Source: Camelus ferus
Taxonomy: Eukaryota
Reading direction: 5' to 3'
Length of the DNA: 64,000 bases
Assembly (NCBI RefSeq): GCF_009834535.1
Contig: NC_045697.1
Coordinates: forward strand, 97,962,001-98,026,000
Within the stretch, counting starts at the first letter, position 1. Every line of letters begins with the position of its first letter. Made by a program: the position numbers and the translations under genes. The notes beneath the pieces are model-generated. The model was not told where the DNA came from and did no database searches. It worked only from the letters and a program-made list of their open reading frames with translations. Shown in pieces: positions 14,717-26,737 of this stretch.

Positions 14717-15342
14717 TGAAACTGAGGCCTTTCCAGGGGCAGACCCCTTTATCCCCTGCCTCTTGTTTATAGAAAAGCTTTAGTCTCCTAGGCCTGAGTT
14801 TTAAAGAGCAAGTTTAATCTGAGATGTGAGAGAATGAAGAAACAAAGGAAAGCAGTTAAGCAAGACAAAATATATTAGAATAGTTTAGCCATAAAACAAA
14901 ATCAAGATCCTTCAGTTCCTCCTCAGGGGCTGAAGATTTTATCCTGACTCATATCCTTGAGTCATTTTACAGATACTAAAACCCCTACCAAGTGATAGAA
15001 GCTAACTGCACAATGACCACAATCATGTAACCCCTAAACCAGCTTGAAACCTGAGGATTGAAAATGCTGACCCCTGTGACCTTACCGGTTACTCCATTAT
15101 CAACCAGTCAGAGAATTGTGCATGAGCTCATCACACATCCCAAGACCCTCTCTCTCACACTGTCTTTTAAAACCCTTCCCTGAAAGCCATCAGGGAGTTT
15201 AGGTATTTTGAGCACGAGCTGCCCATTCTCCTCGTTTGGTCCTGTAATAAACACTGTACTTTCCTTTACCACAACCCAGTGTCAGTAGATTGGCTTTGCT
15301 GAGTCCTATAAGGTGAGCAGATCCAAGGCTGGTTTGGTAAAA
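14717..15342 (+). mobile_element. ERV1 (MER41-like) solo LTR in intron 4
   Basis: Starts TGAAACTGAGG. Contains caaccagtcagagaattgtgc, a TATA-like ttttaaaa and AATAAA near 15246, and ends ggtttggtaa(c)a. Confidence 0.8.
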
Positions 15343-16943
15343 ATGTAGGTATTAAAGAATCATCCTATTGCAAATGTCCAAAAAAAAATCCAAAAGATAC
15401 ATCATGACCTCTGCTCTCACGAAATTTACAATTCAGTAACATTTGGGAAAACCCACCTCACCTTACCCACATATATAAATAAGTGGTAAAAATTGACTAC
15501 AGTCTTACATTACATCAAAAAGAAAAAAAGAAAGAAAAAATCTTTGTCTTAAAGGATAGTGCATCATCTTTTGGAACCCAAACTAGAGGAAAAGATGGGT
15601 CAATGACCAGAGTTTCTACACTTTCCAAAAATGGAAGAAATTTCTTACAGAAGTCTTAAGAGTTGGCTCAGAAAAGGAAAGCAGTAACAAAACAGACTAT
15701 TTCCCTACATTTCTAATGGATCAGATAAAATATGAGCAGGCCAGCTCTACGGAGGCCTACTCCAATGTGAATTACAAGAATGAGCTCACGTCTTCCCTTC
15801 AGTATAAGCCATAGCATAAAAAATCTCCACCGTGTTTATTTTGAGTTGGCTGAGGTTGCTGGATTTAATGCAAACATTTAGCCAGGAGAGTTCTAAGATC
15901 TCCCACTAGGCTTATTAAATGGACAGCAGCAGCTCCCTTTCCCCAGCTAGAGTGACGAATCTTTCCACGTTTGTTATTGTTTAATGCCTCTACCACCAGC
16001 AAAGGTTTTGCTGAATTTTGGCATTTCGTTTTGCCTTGTGTAATTCATCTTCTGCAACTTCATTAAACTTCTCTATAAAATCCTGTTCTTGGATCAGACA
16101 ATATCAATGTAAACATTAAATACTTAACATGCCCAACTTGTAAGTCACTTCTTTACAATTTCATCTCACTGCATCCATTGCTCATTGAGTAACTCACCTG
16201 GTCCTCCTTCTCTTCCAACAGTTTCCCCTGAATGCAAGCAATTGCGTGTGCCTTCTTCCCTAGAACAACTGACACTCTAAATGACATCATCCTCACCCTT
16301 CTCATCTTTTATTACTTAATAGACAACTCTATAAGGCAAATAATCCCAGAAAATGGTATTACATTTCTGCAGAAATGCAGATTTTACATTAAAAATAATG
16401 TAACAATAAAAAAATTTTTTACAACTATTTTTATTGTCAGATGGTATTTGTTATTTTAGGAATGCTATTCCCATATTGGACTGTCTCTGCCCAGATTTCA
16501 TCCTCAAGGTAAAAGGAATAATAATCATAAAGTAAATTATTCATCATGTTTCAGTATTTTCAGATGCCTTTTTCTCTCTAATCTTTAATACTATTGTTGA
16601 ACTACTTTAAAGTAGAAATAAGTGGACATATTTATCTATAGTTAAAACTAACAGCTTATTTTTTTTCCTACTTTGAGTTTTCACTACGAACAGTTTATAC
16701 TGAGAGAAAATTCACTGATGCCTTATTTTGTTGCTTGGCCCAGTCTTAATCCTCTTGTTGCCATTATACCAACCCACTCCCCAGGGTTGCAGGCTTTCAA
16801 ATCAATTAGATGACAGTATAGAGTGTAAGTTCCATGAGCAGAGAGACTAATTAAGGGATTCTGCTAGAACAAGCAAAAGTTAGTGTTAGAAGAGACCAAC
16901 AGCAGATACGTATTTTAAAAAGCATTTACTTTTCAGTCCATAC

Positions 16944-17069
16944 CTTTAATTAGCTGCATCACTCCAGGGACTATAATTATCAGAATTGCTGTGAGCTTGC
17001 AAAAGGTTAGAAAAATCTGGATCCGGGCGCTCCAGCTGACACTCATGCTATTTAGGACCATCACCACGG
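16944..17069 (-). CDS. SLC7A11: SLC7A11 exon 4, 126 nt
   Basis: Acceptor TTTGTAG|, donor G|GTATGG. Translates (T)[41 protein letters not shown](G). Confidence 0.97.
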
Positions 17070-17129
17070 CTACAAAGAAACAGATGAAGTTACAAAAGGC
17101 AAATCCTCATCGGCATGAAGACACCTTAG

Positions 17130-17292
17130 GTCCTGGCTACTCGAGGTGCCATCAGTGAACCAGCAGTGTTGGCATTACCTGGAAGCATTTTAGAAATGCA
17201 GAATCTCAGGCACCACCCCGACCTAAGAACTACAAATATGCATTTCAATAAGATCTCTAGGTGATTTTTATGCACATTGAAGTTTGAGAAGC
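17130..17292. mobile_element. MER5A-like hAT-Charlie element
   Basis: ccagcagtgttggcattacctggaagc, ttagaaatgcagaatctcagg, tgcatttcaataagatctctaggtgatt, gcacattgaagtttgagaagc. Confidence 0.85.
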
Positions 17293-17437
17293 TTGGATAA
17301 AACCTGCAGACAGTAAGAAGTTATCACTCATTCTGTTCTCTATATATGTCAATAAGAAGGGACAAAAAGGTACTGCCCCAACAATCCTATAATAAAACCT
17401 TCTAAGCAACTTCTTAAGTCATCACATGCAGTCAAAT

Positions 17438-17913
17438 TATTACCAAATGCAAATTTGTGTGCCTGATGCTCCGTGAGGCCCAAGAAACCAAAACGTTGGA
17501 GTTCGGAGCAGAGAAAGGTTGATTGCAGGGCCCGGCAAGGGGGACTGGGTGGTTCATGGCCAAGAAAACCCTAGACTTCTCAAAGGGTTTCAGCAAAGCA
17601 TATTTAAAGGCCAAGTAAGGGAGGGGATCACAGAGCTTGTGATCAGTTCATGCACAATCCTCTGATTGGTTGACGATGAGGTAAGAGGGCAGTCAACACT
17701 ATCAACCCCTCGGCGCCAGAAAGTCTGGGTGCTATGTGCTCTCAATCATCAAGTAGTTAATTTCTACCCTTTGGTAGTGGTTTTTAGCATGTAAAAAACT
17801 TAGGAAATACACATGAGACACTATTACCTGGGTACTTCAGAGAGGAGCTACAGCAGAGGATATGGGGGAGGGGTCTGTCCCAGGAAGGTCCCACAGGGTC
17901 CTGCTCAGTTACA
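17438..17913 (-). mobile_element. ERV1 (MER41-like) solo LTR in intron 3
   Basis: Minus strand runs TGTAACTGAGCAGG ... CCAATCAG ... TTTAAATA ... TTTGGTAATA. The 4-bp flanks AAAT/AGAT are an imperfect TSD. Confidence 0.85.
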
Positions 17914-19787
17914 AGATTGCTGAATGTAACTCTTCAGCTTTATACAGCAGGCAACTACTTCCTTGCTCCATGATTGCAGGCGTATTCACCTGCCAGCCTG
18001 GGATCACACACAAGAACTGGGATCACACTCAAGAAGGGACAGTATGTTGAGAAGATGGCTGGGACCTTATTCTTCCCTCTCAGGACTAGCCTTAGCCAGC
18101 AGTTTTTGCAATTCCTCTCCACTTTACAATTAGCACAGCAAGGAGTGACTTTGAACCTACTCTAAAGATATGTTTTGGGACTTGAAAAAAGGTTGTAAGT
18201 GATAAATTCAAAAGAGTTCCCCGAGCAGGATGCACACTGGGTCTGAGGCCAGCAGAATTTCCCTGTCTTGATGCTGTCTGCAGTGTTCTGAGCAGTACAA
18301 CTATCCACTGCCCCTCTCCCCACTGTGAACCATGAGCACCATGAGGACAGAACAAGCATCATCCATCCCTGTATTGCTAGTATCCAGCTTCATATCTGCC
18401 CCAGGAAGATAATCAACACAGTTTTCTTGAATAAATGAATGAGCTGGGTCGCCAGCTTAAAAAACAAAAAACAAAAAAATAAACAAAAAACCCTACCTTC
18501 AGTCAAGAAGGCATGAATAAAGGGTGATACTGTCATACCCTGCCTCCTATACTCTGCTGCAATGACTGAGTTATTCTAGATAGTGGATTTCAACTTTATG
18601 CTCTTTCCAAAACCTTACGCTTAGTGTTACTACTTCCTACCCACCCCCCCAAAAAAGCTACTTCATATCTGACATTTATAGTTATTATCTGTAAGCTTTA
18701 TTTTTAAAAAGGTGTATTTCCCTGAAACAAATACCAAAAATGTATGAAGAGACTTCTCAGGGGACAAAACACTTGTAGAATTCTTATAATTCAAGTTGCG
18801 ATAGGGAGTTTTCCATATGTACAGTAATGAGTGATTGTCAGTGTTTCCATTGCCAGATGTATCATTAGTTCATTTCATAATTTAAGAATTGGTTCAAATG
18901 TTATCAACACATGATATATAATAGTAAAAAATTTTAAATAACCTAGACCCCTGAAGAAGTTAAACATTTATTACACAGAAGTGTGTTCGTGACATATTAC
19001 TAACCAATACAGCAAATTACAGAGGCATAATGGACTGATAAAGACGCAAAGAGAAAAAAGGACAGGAAAAATTCTGAAAGAGTGTTTACCAAAACATTAA
19101 CAGAAGATGTCTACAGATGATAGAAATCTGAATAATTTTCAAGTTTTAAAATTTATTTTTCTACAGTATTTTAATAATTTTTATAATGAACATGAAGCAT
19201 TAAGTAACAAAAATCAACAAAAGCAACTTTCATTTCTGAAAAAAATTCTAAGATGGGAAGAATAAGGGACCAATAGATCCCATACAAAGTTAAACAGAGG
19301 GTTACTAATGAAGAAATGTTTTGAAGGAGTAATTGATGAGAATAATTAGAAAGGCTGGAGCCCTAAATAAAGCTACATGGGAGGCTAAGGGAAATATTTT
19401 ATCTTTGAAGCTGAAAACATGAAGAAATAGACAGACCCATTGTCAATAGCCCAGTGCATTATTTTATCAGTGGAAAAACAGAAAATGAAATTATTTTCCT
19501 CTCCCCTATATAAAGCACTTACATGTTGAAAATAATTTAATGCATCTCTGCTTCATCTTCATCATCCAGTGATTCTTTTCCTTTTTCTATGCAAATGACT
19601 CTGTGATAATGAGTCATCATATGAAAGGGATTATGTTTTTAGTTAAGGAGATTCAGCACTGGTCTGAAAATAATTGGACTCATGTTCCCACCACCAACAA
19701 AAGAGCACTGTTTTCTTTTGAACAGAGCTCCTAAAATGCCAAACACTTTCTGAAAGTACTCCACAACAGGAAAGAGCTGTTGTACAG

Positions 19788-19932
19788 AGAGGGAGGGAGA
19801 AAAGGGAGGAAGGAAGGGGGAAAAGGAAAAGAGGGAGGGAGGGAGGGAGGGAGAGAGGGAGGGAAGGAAGGAAAGAAAGGAGGGGAGAAACGGACAGGCG
19901 GAGGGAGGGGTGAGGGAGGGAGAGGAAAGAGA
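19788..19932 (+). repeat. Polypurine GA-rich low-complexity tract
   Basis: (GGGA)n, (GGAA)n and GAGA runs seen directly. Confidence 0.9.
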
Positions 19933-21912
19933 AAGGCATTCTCATATTTGGAGCCTCTATGTATTTGGGAAGAGAAAAGAGGGTTTGTTACTTTCATAAA
20001 GCACGTATGAACTTAATGCCTGATGAAACAGAAGGAAAAAAAATGAATCTGAAGAATTTTCTTTTATATTTCATAAAGTTTTCTTAGAAAAATGGAAAAC
20101 AAAAATCGAACAAATATTATGCCTTGATAATCTCACCTTGTTTTCCTCTCAGACAACGGAAATAAAAATTCTGGTTAAAACTGACTTCTCTCAAAGGTTT
20201 CCCAAAACCCTGCTTTATCTGAGCATCCAGACAGCACCCTCATTATTTGGTATGCCAAATTCCAGATGAGATGTACCTCTCTGACCCTGAGGAACACAGC
20301 TTAACAGGTAACAAGGCAGTCAGTACAGAGGCACCGTGAAGGTCCTCAAGTGGCTGGAACTGCTGTTTCATAAGGTGTTTTTACAGAGAAATTTAAGTCT
20401 ATGTATGTTACTTATCCAACAATATTGAAAAGGGATTTGGGATTCACTAAATGCAAGAGCTTTCGGAATTTCTGAAACAAATAATATCTACTTTGTTTTT
20501 TATATACTATCTATACCCATTGTAATCAAAGAAATCTGAGTAAGCCTTCCTCCTCCTAATTTTACTTCCTTTGAATAATAATTGGTAATTTCGCACATTA
20601 GAAATTACTTGTATCAACTTAGGCTTATTACTATTATTTTTTTGCTTGCATTATATGTTACCAAATTGAAACTAGAGGGACATACAGTTTTTATTTACCC
20701 AGTAATGATTCAGTTTCTTAGGAAGTGAAAGGCAGCAATGAAAGCTATATGGATACATCCCGGTGATCAGAAATGCATATGGAAGGGAGCTGCATGTGAA
20801 GTGGATGTTTAGAGGAGTGTTAAGAACCGATGCAGTGATTTAAGGATTGGCAAGTTATTTCTTTCTGCATTTCCGTAATTCAAGTCTGTCTTTTGTTTTG
20901 CAGAGTGAGATTACTGAGCCTGGATATACTGGGTTTTCTCCCAGGTACAGGCTCTCCTTGGCTTCTGACTTCTGCTTTGTGCTAAACTGGCAAAATATAT
21001 GTGCACCGTATGGTTGAGCTAAAGTGAGTTGTTCCACTGTTCTTTGTGACAGCTGCCTGGGTTGCCTTTCTCTTTTTGTTCGCATTCACTTCCTGGATGC
21101 ATTAATTTCAGAGAAGTTGTGTAGCCAAAAAAACCTTTACAGAACAGAGAGACTATATCTAGGATCTCACTATTCAGAATAAAAATGGTAAGCATTCAAT
21201 AAATGTAATCCTTACATGGATAATGTTATTTAATCCTCATGTCTCTGGGACATGGTTACCATTATTGGCGTTATCTTTCAGATGAGCAGCTGAAAATCCG
21301 TACACTACTTAACTTGCCTATGTTCTCAGAGGTAAGTGTGAAGATAGGATCCGGGCCAAGTAAACTGATTTTCTAGTCCACTCTTTTGACCCCTCCCTCA
21401 CAGGTAACAATGAGGAAGTAGTTCAAAAGACCTATATGATCTCACTAGCATATCTATTTCTTCCAAACTCCTGGTGGCTCTTCGTCTCTGCTAAGGTTCA
21501 TGTTTATCTTGGCTGGGACTTCAGGACACACTGGTTCCACATTTCATTTGTCACCCTTATGAAGGGTATGGTTGTTGTTCTGCAGTCCTTGTTTATTTCA
21601 GTACTATGTTTCTCTACCTAAGAATTGGTTGTCATGGTATTTAGTTTCGGTAGAAAAGGAGTAGGGATAGCCAGACTTCAGAAGACTTAAACAGAGCCGC
21701 TCCACATGCAATATTTGAAATGCTAGCCCAGAACCGGTCCTAGGTTTTCTTTCATGTAATTTAATGATGCCAGGAAAACACAATTTTAGAAAAGAAAATA
21801 CAGTAATGCTCTTGTAGAGATGGTTATTTTGTTCCTCACAATGCAATCACAAGTGTTATTTTGTTCGCTTCCCCTAATTATGCCCACAAGTTAAGAGAAG
21901 AAGATAGGGCTC

Positions 21913-22633
21913 AATGCTGGAGAGGGTGTGAAGAAAAAGGAACCCTCCTACACTGTTGGTAGGAATGTAAATTTGCGGCCACTATGGAGGACAGTATGGA
22001 AGTTCCTTAAAAAACTAAAAATAGACTTACCATATCATCCAGCAATCCCACCCCTGGGCATATATCCATAGAAAAATACATTTCAAAAAGACACATGTGC
22101 CCCAAATTTCACAGCAGCACTAGTTACAATAGCCAAGACATGGAAACAACTCAAATGTCCATTGATAGATGGCTAGATAAAGAAGTTACAGTATATTTAT
22201 ACAACAGAATACTACTCAGCCATAAAAAAGAATAAAAATGCCATTTGCAGCAAAATGGATGGACCTGGAGATCATCATTCTAAGTAAAGTAAGCCAGAAA
22301 GAGAAAGAAAATGCCATATGATATTGCTTGTATGTGGAATCTTAAAAAAAGGACCCAAAGGAACTTATCTACAAAAGCAGAAATAGACTCACAGACAAAA
22401 AGAACAAACTTATGATTACCAGAGGCTAAAGGGGGTGGGAAGGGATAAATTGGGAACACAAAAATTGCACCTCTTAGGGAGTGATGGAAATGTCAGGTAT
22501 CTTGATTGTGGTGGTGGTTTCATGGGTGTATCATTTATCAAAATTCATCAAACTGTACATCTGAAATATGAGTAGTTTATTGTACAGGAACCATACCACA
22601 ATTAAGGTGTTAACATTAATTAATTAATTAAAC
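21913..22633 (+). mobile_element. 5'-truncated L1 (ORF2 end + 3' UTR) with perfect 14-bp TSD
   Basis: Classic L1 ORF2-end sequence (aatgctggagagggtgtg ... ccagcaatcccac ... gccaagacatggaaacaa). TSD AGAAGATAGGGCTC at 21899-21912 and 22634-22647. Tail is (TTAA)n. Confidence 0.95.
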
Positions 22634-24149
22634 AGAAGATAGGGCTCTTTACTCACCTACATAAACTAAACTAGCAAGAAAGTTGAGACTCAGAGAAGTT
22701 AGGGATGCTTCTGGGAGTAGATCTCACATTGTAAGGAAAATATTTTTACTATAATATTCTGCCATTCAAAGGTATACTTACATAGGGTCTAGTTTCAGGA
22801 GACCAGAACAAAAGACTAGATATCATTTTAAATACTGAACATATTTCAATGCTTACTGAAGCTACAAGGAGAGTGAAAGTTCATGAAGTTCCATAGAAGA
22901 CAAAGGGAGTCATAACAGTACTGGGCTAGAGGTGAGTTGACGGGTGAATATCTAAGATTCCCTGTTAAACTTTCAAGTGTCTGACATGTCTACCAGAATG
23001 GACAGGATTCTGGATAAGCAAAAACTCTTAATTTTTATTAATTTGATGCAAATGAAAAAGAGTACATTAAAGGCAGGGGGCAAATTAGTATTTAGTAACT
23101 CCCAACGCCCACCCTACTCTGATTTCTTAAATAGCTGGTTCACATTTCACCAACCTTGAAGTTCTTTTTCTCTATGATTTGATTATAACCAGGTCCTTCA
23201 AGGTTTGCTCATTTTCTGTACTTGAACGAAAGAATTCAAGCTCCTACAAACTGTTTCCTTCCCCTGTAGGGAAGACAGGGAAGCAGTTCATACCATTCAA
23301 CTCTCTTCTCTCTATCTCACTAACCTTCTACCCCTCTCCTCACTTTGAAAGCTGCAGAATGTGAGAGATTTGCCCCCAGGTTCGTTTCTCCTTCTCTATC
23401 TCCATCTCCACCTACTGTTGCTCCATTAAAGCTAAATTCTTTTCAGAGACAGTCTGGCATTCCCAATTAGACCACTGATTTACATTATCTACCACTGAGT
23501 CATAAGCATAGCCAGCTTCCTCTTTTAGTGCTTCTGATCCTAGGAACATATTTCCTCAGAGACTCAAGCTTGCAAAAGAAACATCAAAATTTGTAAACTC
23601 ATGTTGTAACTAATGGCAAAAATAGAAGGACCTGTCTAGGTTAATCCAAGATTTCCTCAGGCTGTCTGCTATCTAGTCTATCACCAATCTCTACTGCAGG
23701 AGTTTTGTAAATAAACTGCAACATACTTAATCAGCCCTACCTATAATTGTTTTCAAATTTGGTTTGAACGGTTTCCATTTACTCTTCTAAAATACAAATT
23801 TTCCCTTTAAAAAGTTTAGTAGAATTGGGATAAATAAGAAGTCATTTAGACTTCCCCAAATAGTAATATGTTATCATTATCCATCTCATTTCAAGTCTAT
23901 CTCAGTCCAAGCTGTGGATCTGTAAATATTTATATAATATCTACTGAAAGTTTGCTGTAGTAGCTTTTAATGAGTAACCTTTACTGGCAATTCACAGAAC
24001 TCTCAAAAAATGCTACCCCTACCTTTCTCTTTTTGAATATAATAATTCTGCCTCAGTCAGTTGAGGGACAAGAATATAATGGGTACAGCAATTGCTACTG
24101 ATCCGACCCCTTAGAGGAACACCAGATTTATCAAGAACTTTCTTTGGGA

Positions 24150-24365
24150 AAGGCACTCTGCTCAAGGTCTTACAAATCTGACTAATTTCATCCTTCCAGT
24201 CATTCAAGATAAATTATCTTTTCACAGGTATTTTACCAATAAAAAAACTGAGGCTTAAAGAGGTTCAATAGTTGGCCCCCCAAATCACATAACTAAGAAA
24301 CTATGGCACAGAATTTCAATTCCAGGTTGTTTGCCTCCAGAGCCTGAGCTATAACCACTATGCTA
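24150..24365 (-). mobile_element. MIR fragment
   Basis: attttaccaataaaaaaactgaggcttaaagaggtt ... aaatcacataacta ... aatttcaattccagg ... ctccagagcctgagc. Confidence 0.7.
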
Positions 24366-24958
24366 AGATGGTTCAAAAATTCATGGTGTTAGATCTGAAT
24401 ATCACATCAAGCAAAGTCTATTTCATTTACCACCAATTTCCTGCTACCTGAGAAACTTGAGGATGTGTCATTCTCCAAGTTCAATATGCAGACATTCCAC
24501 TGGCTTCTCGACTAGAGAAAAATTATTAGACCTCTTCTCATAGAAAATCAGTTGTCAACAAATATTTCTTGAGCACAAACAACATATTAGGAGCTATGTG
24601 AAGGGTTGGAAATAGTACAGAGAATGAGCCCCTGGTCTCATGGAACTTCCAATGATGTTTTCCCACAAGGGTATAAATAGCTATCATTTGTAATTTGTTC
24701 TCTAAAAATTTCTGGCATTACCCAAAACACTTTATATACATCGTCTCTTTTAATATCATTAAATCCTGACAAGACACCTTATAAGACCGAGCATGATTTA
24801 CAGATAAGGACACTGGTGCAGAAAGGTTAAGTGACTTGTCCCCACGTCTCACATCTGTAGTGTGTGTTAAGGACAAGATGAATCAAGTACACCATCACCA
24901 CTCCAGAACTTAGAAATATCTAATTCCAGTATTTTTCTTTGTCTTTCTTTAGAGACTT

Positions 24959-25042
24959 CACAGAACAATTATGTGTATATGTTTCTTGGATTAAGGGTGA
25001 CACAGAACAATTATGTGTATATGTTTCTTGGATTAAGGGTGA
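24959..25042. repeat. Perfect 42-bp tandem duplication
   Basis: CACAGAACAATTATGTGTATATGTTTCTTGGATTAAGGGTGA occurs twice, at 24959-25000 and 25001-25042. Confidence 0.97.
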
Positions 25043-26093
25043 AATCCAGGATGAACCTGTTTAAGTTCAGAAATACATGTACTTAACACTAGAGATGCAT
25101 TATGTGTAATTCCTAACTTTTTCCTGCTAACTAACCACTCATTTCTCCATTGGTAATTGTTCATCTCTTTCTTTACTGCTCTATCGAAACACCTCAGCCA
25201 TCTATAACTAAAATTTCATTCCTGAGTTTGCAATTCAGTTATTCCTGTGTAGCTGTCTCTTTCCAAGTAGTTCAAATTTAATCAGATGGAATCATATTGA
25301 TTCCTAAAACAGTGATTCAAACAGTATCTACAATTTAGTAATCATTTCCCATCATATTCAAGGCTCTGGAATCTAGACTCTTGTATTAGGAAATTAGAGT
25401 CATATTTGTCTTCACACCACATATGTAATGTTGTGCATGTTCTTCTTTTTTATTTCCTTTTTAAAAAAAAAAAAGTTCTAGTATCTGTGCCCATTAATGA
25501 AATGAACAACTTCCTAATTTGGAGACCGTAAAGAAAACTCCTAGTTGAGAAATGCTACTAATAATCAAATATTGAAAGAAGACTCTTATCATGATCATTG
25601 ATGGACAGTTAAAATCATAAAGCATAATGAGAGTGACAGACGTTAACACTAGGAAATGTGTGAGCACAACACACTCAACACAGAATCATCACTCCACAAG
25701 GATACGTGTGTTACAGTTCAACACGTTACTACCAAGGAAGGATAATTTCTAATTCAGAAAATCAATTAAAAATTGGGTTTTCTTTTGTAAAAGTCTTTTT
25801 TTAAATGTGCAATCCAGATACTATTTTACTAACAAGGTGCTTTTGTTTGCGTATTTAAAAAGATCAGCCATCATATCTATTGACCCAGTGCAAAACTGGC
25901 ATGTAACATAGTATCAGGGATCACTCCAAATCCTTATTTTTTTATTTCCCAGAACAACTTTGGCAAGGTATTGTAAGCAAAAAGAATACCATGTGGGGAA
26001 CAGTTTCTGCGTGCAGGAAGTCTGAAGAAACTATGTCTCTAGTCACTTTTGTGGGTTTTTTTTCTTTTTCAGATTTACACCTATGATACTCAC

Positions 26094-26209
26094 TTATGCC
26101 CACGGCTGTAATGAGCTTGATTGCAAGTTCAGGAATTTCACATTGAATAAAAAATGGTTCCAGAATGTAGCGTCCAAATGCCAGAGATATCACAGCAGTG
26201 GCTGCAGGG
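26094..26209 (-). CDS. SLC7A11: SLC7A11 exon 3, 116 nt
   Basis: Acceptor TTTTCTAG|, donor A|GTGAGT. Translates [38 protein letters not shown], including Cys158, the residue disulfide-linked to SLC3A2/4F2hc. Confidence 0.98.
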
Positions 26210-26712
26210 CTAGAAAAAAAATATATTTAGGTTAACTACAGAAAAAAAAATAGCATCTTCGCTAAACTTCTTCTACCTTGAGGTACTGTTCTTCAGCATA
26301 GGGAACCTATTCCATAGGAAAGTCTGTAAGTATAAAACTGTGTCCATCTTAATCACTATTTTATCCTCAGTGTTTAGTATAATGTCTGTCATACAGTAGA
26401 AAACCAATAAATATTGACTGTATGGTGATGTGTGAACTCCATAGAATGACCCCTGCAATGTACTGATGTGTTACAGATTATTTCTGACAAGAGTAACTTA
26501 ATCTGAAGTATAATTTTAATAATGAGTACTTAGGTACCATGGGTGTTTTCAATAGAAGAGAAATATTAAAGCACCTCAGTATCTTGTCACCCCTCAAGTC
26601 ATTCATTATTCTATTTGAAAGTCCAACCATGTAATGTGAGTCTATTATCACCAAGAAATATATGAACCCCTTAAAAAAGCTTTAGAATACATCTAGGTAA
26701 TTTTTTCTGTAT

Positions 26713-26737
26713 ACACACACACACACACACACACACA
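26713..26737. repeat. (CA)n microsatellite
   Basis: About 12 AC units. Confidence 0.95.

Noticed and set aside
14717..17913. Full provirus between two LTRs
   Set aside because: The LTRs are in opposite orientation and diverged, and the interval contains host exon 4 with no gag/pol/env.
13645..23052. Isolated perfect AARE 9-mers at 13645-13653 and 23044-23052
   Set aside because: An AT-rich 9-mer is expected roughly once by chance in a window of this size and composition, and these are unpaired. Not supportable without ChIP data.
24959..25042. CRISPR-like direct repeats
   Set aside because: Only two abutting copies with no spacer, in mammalian intronic DNA.
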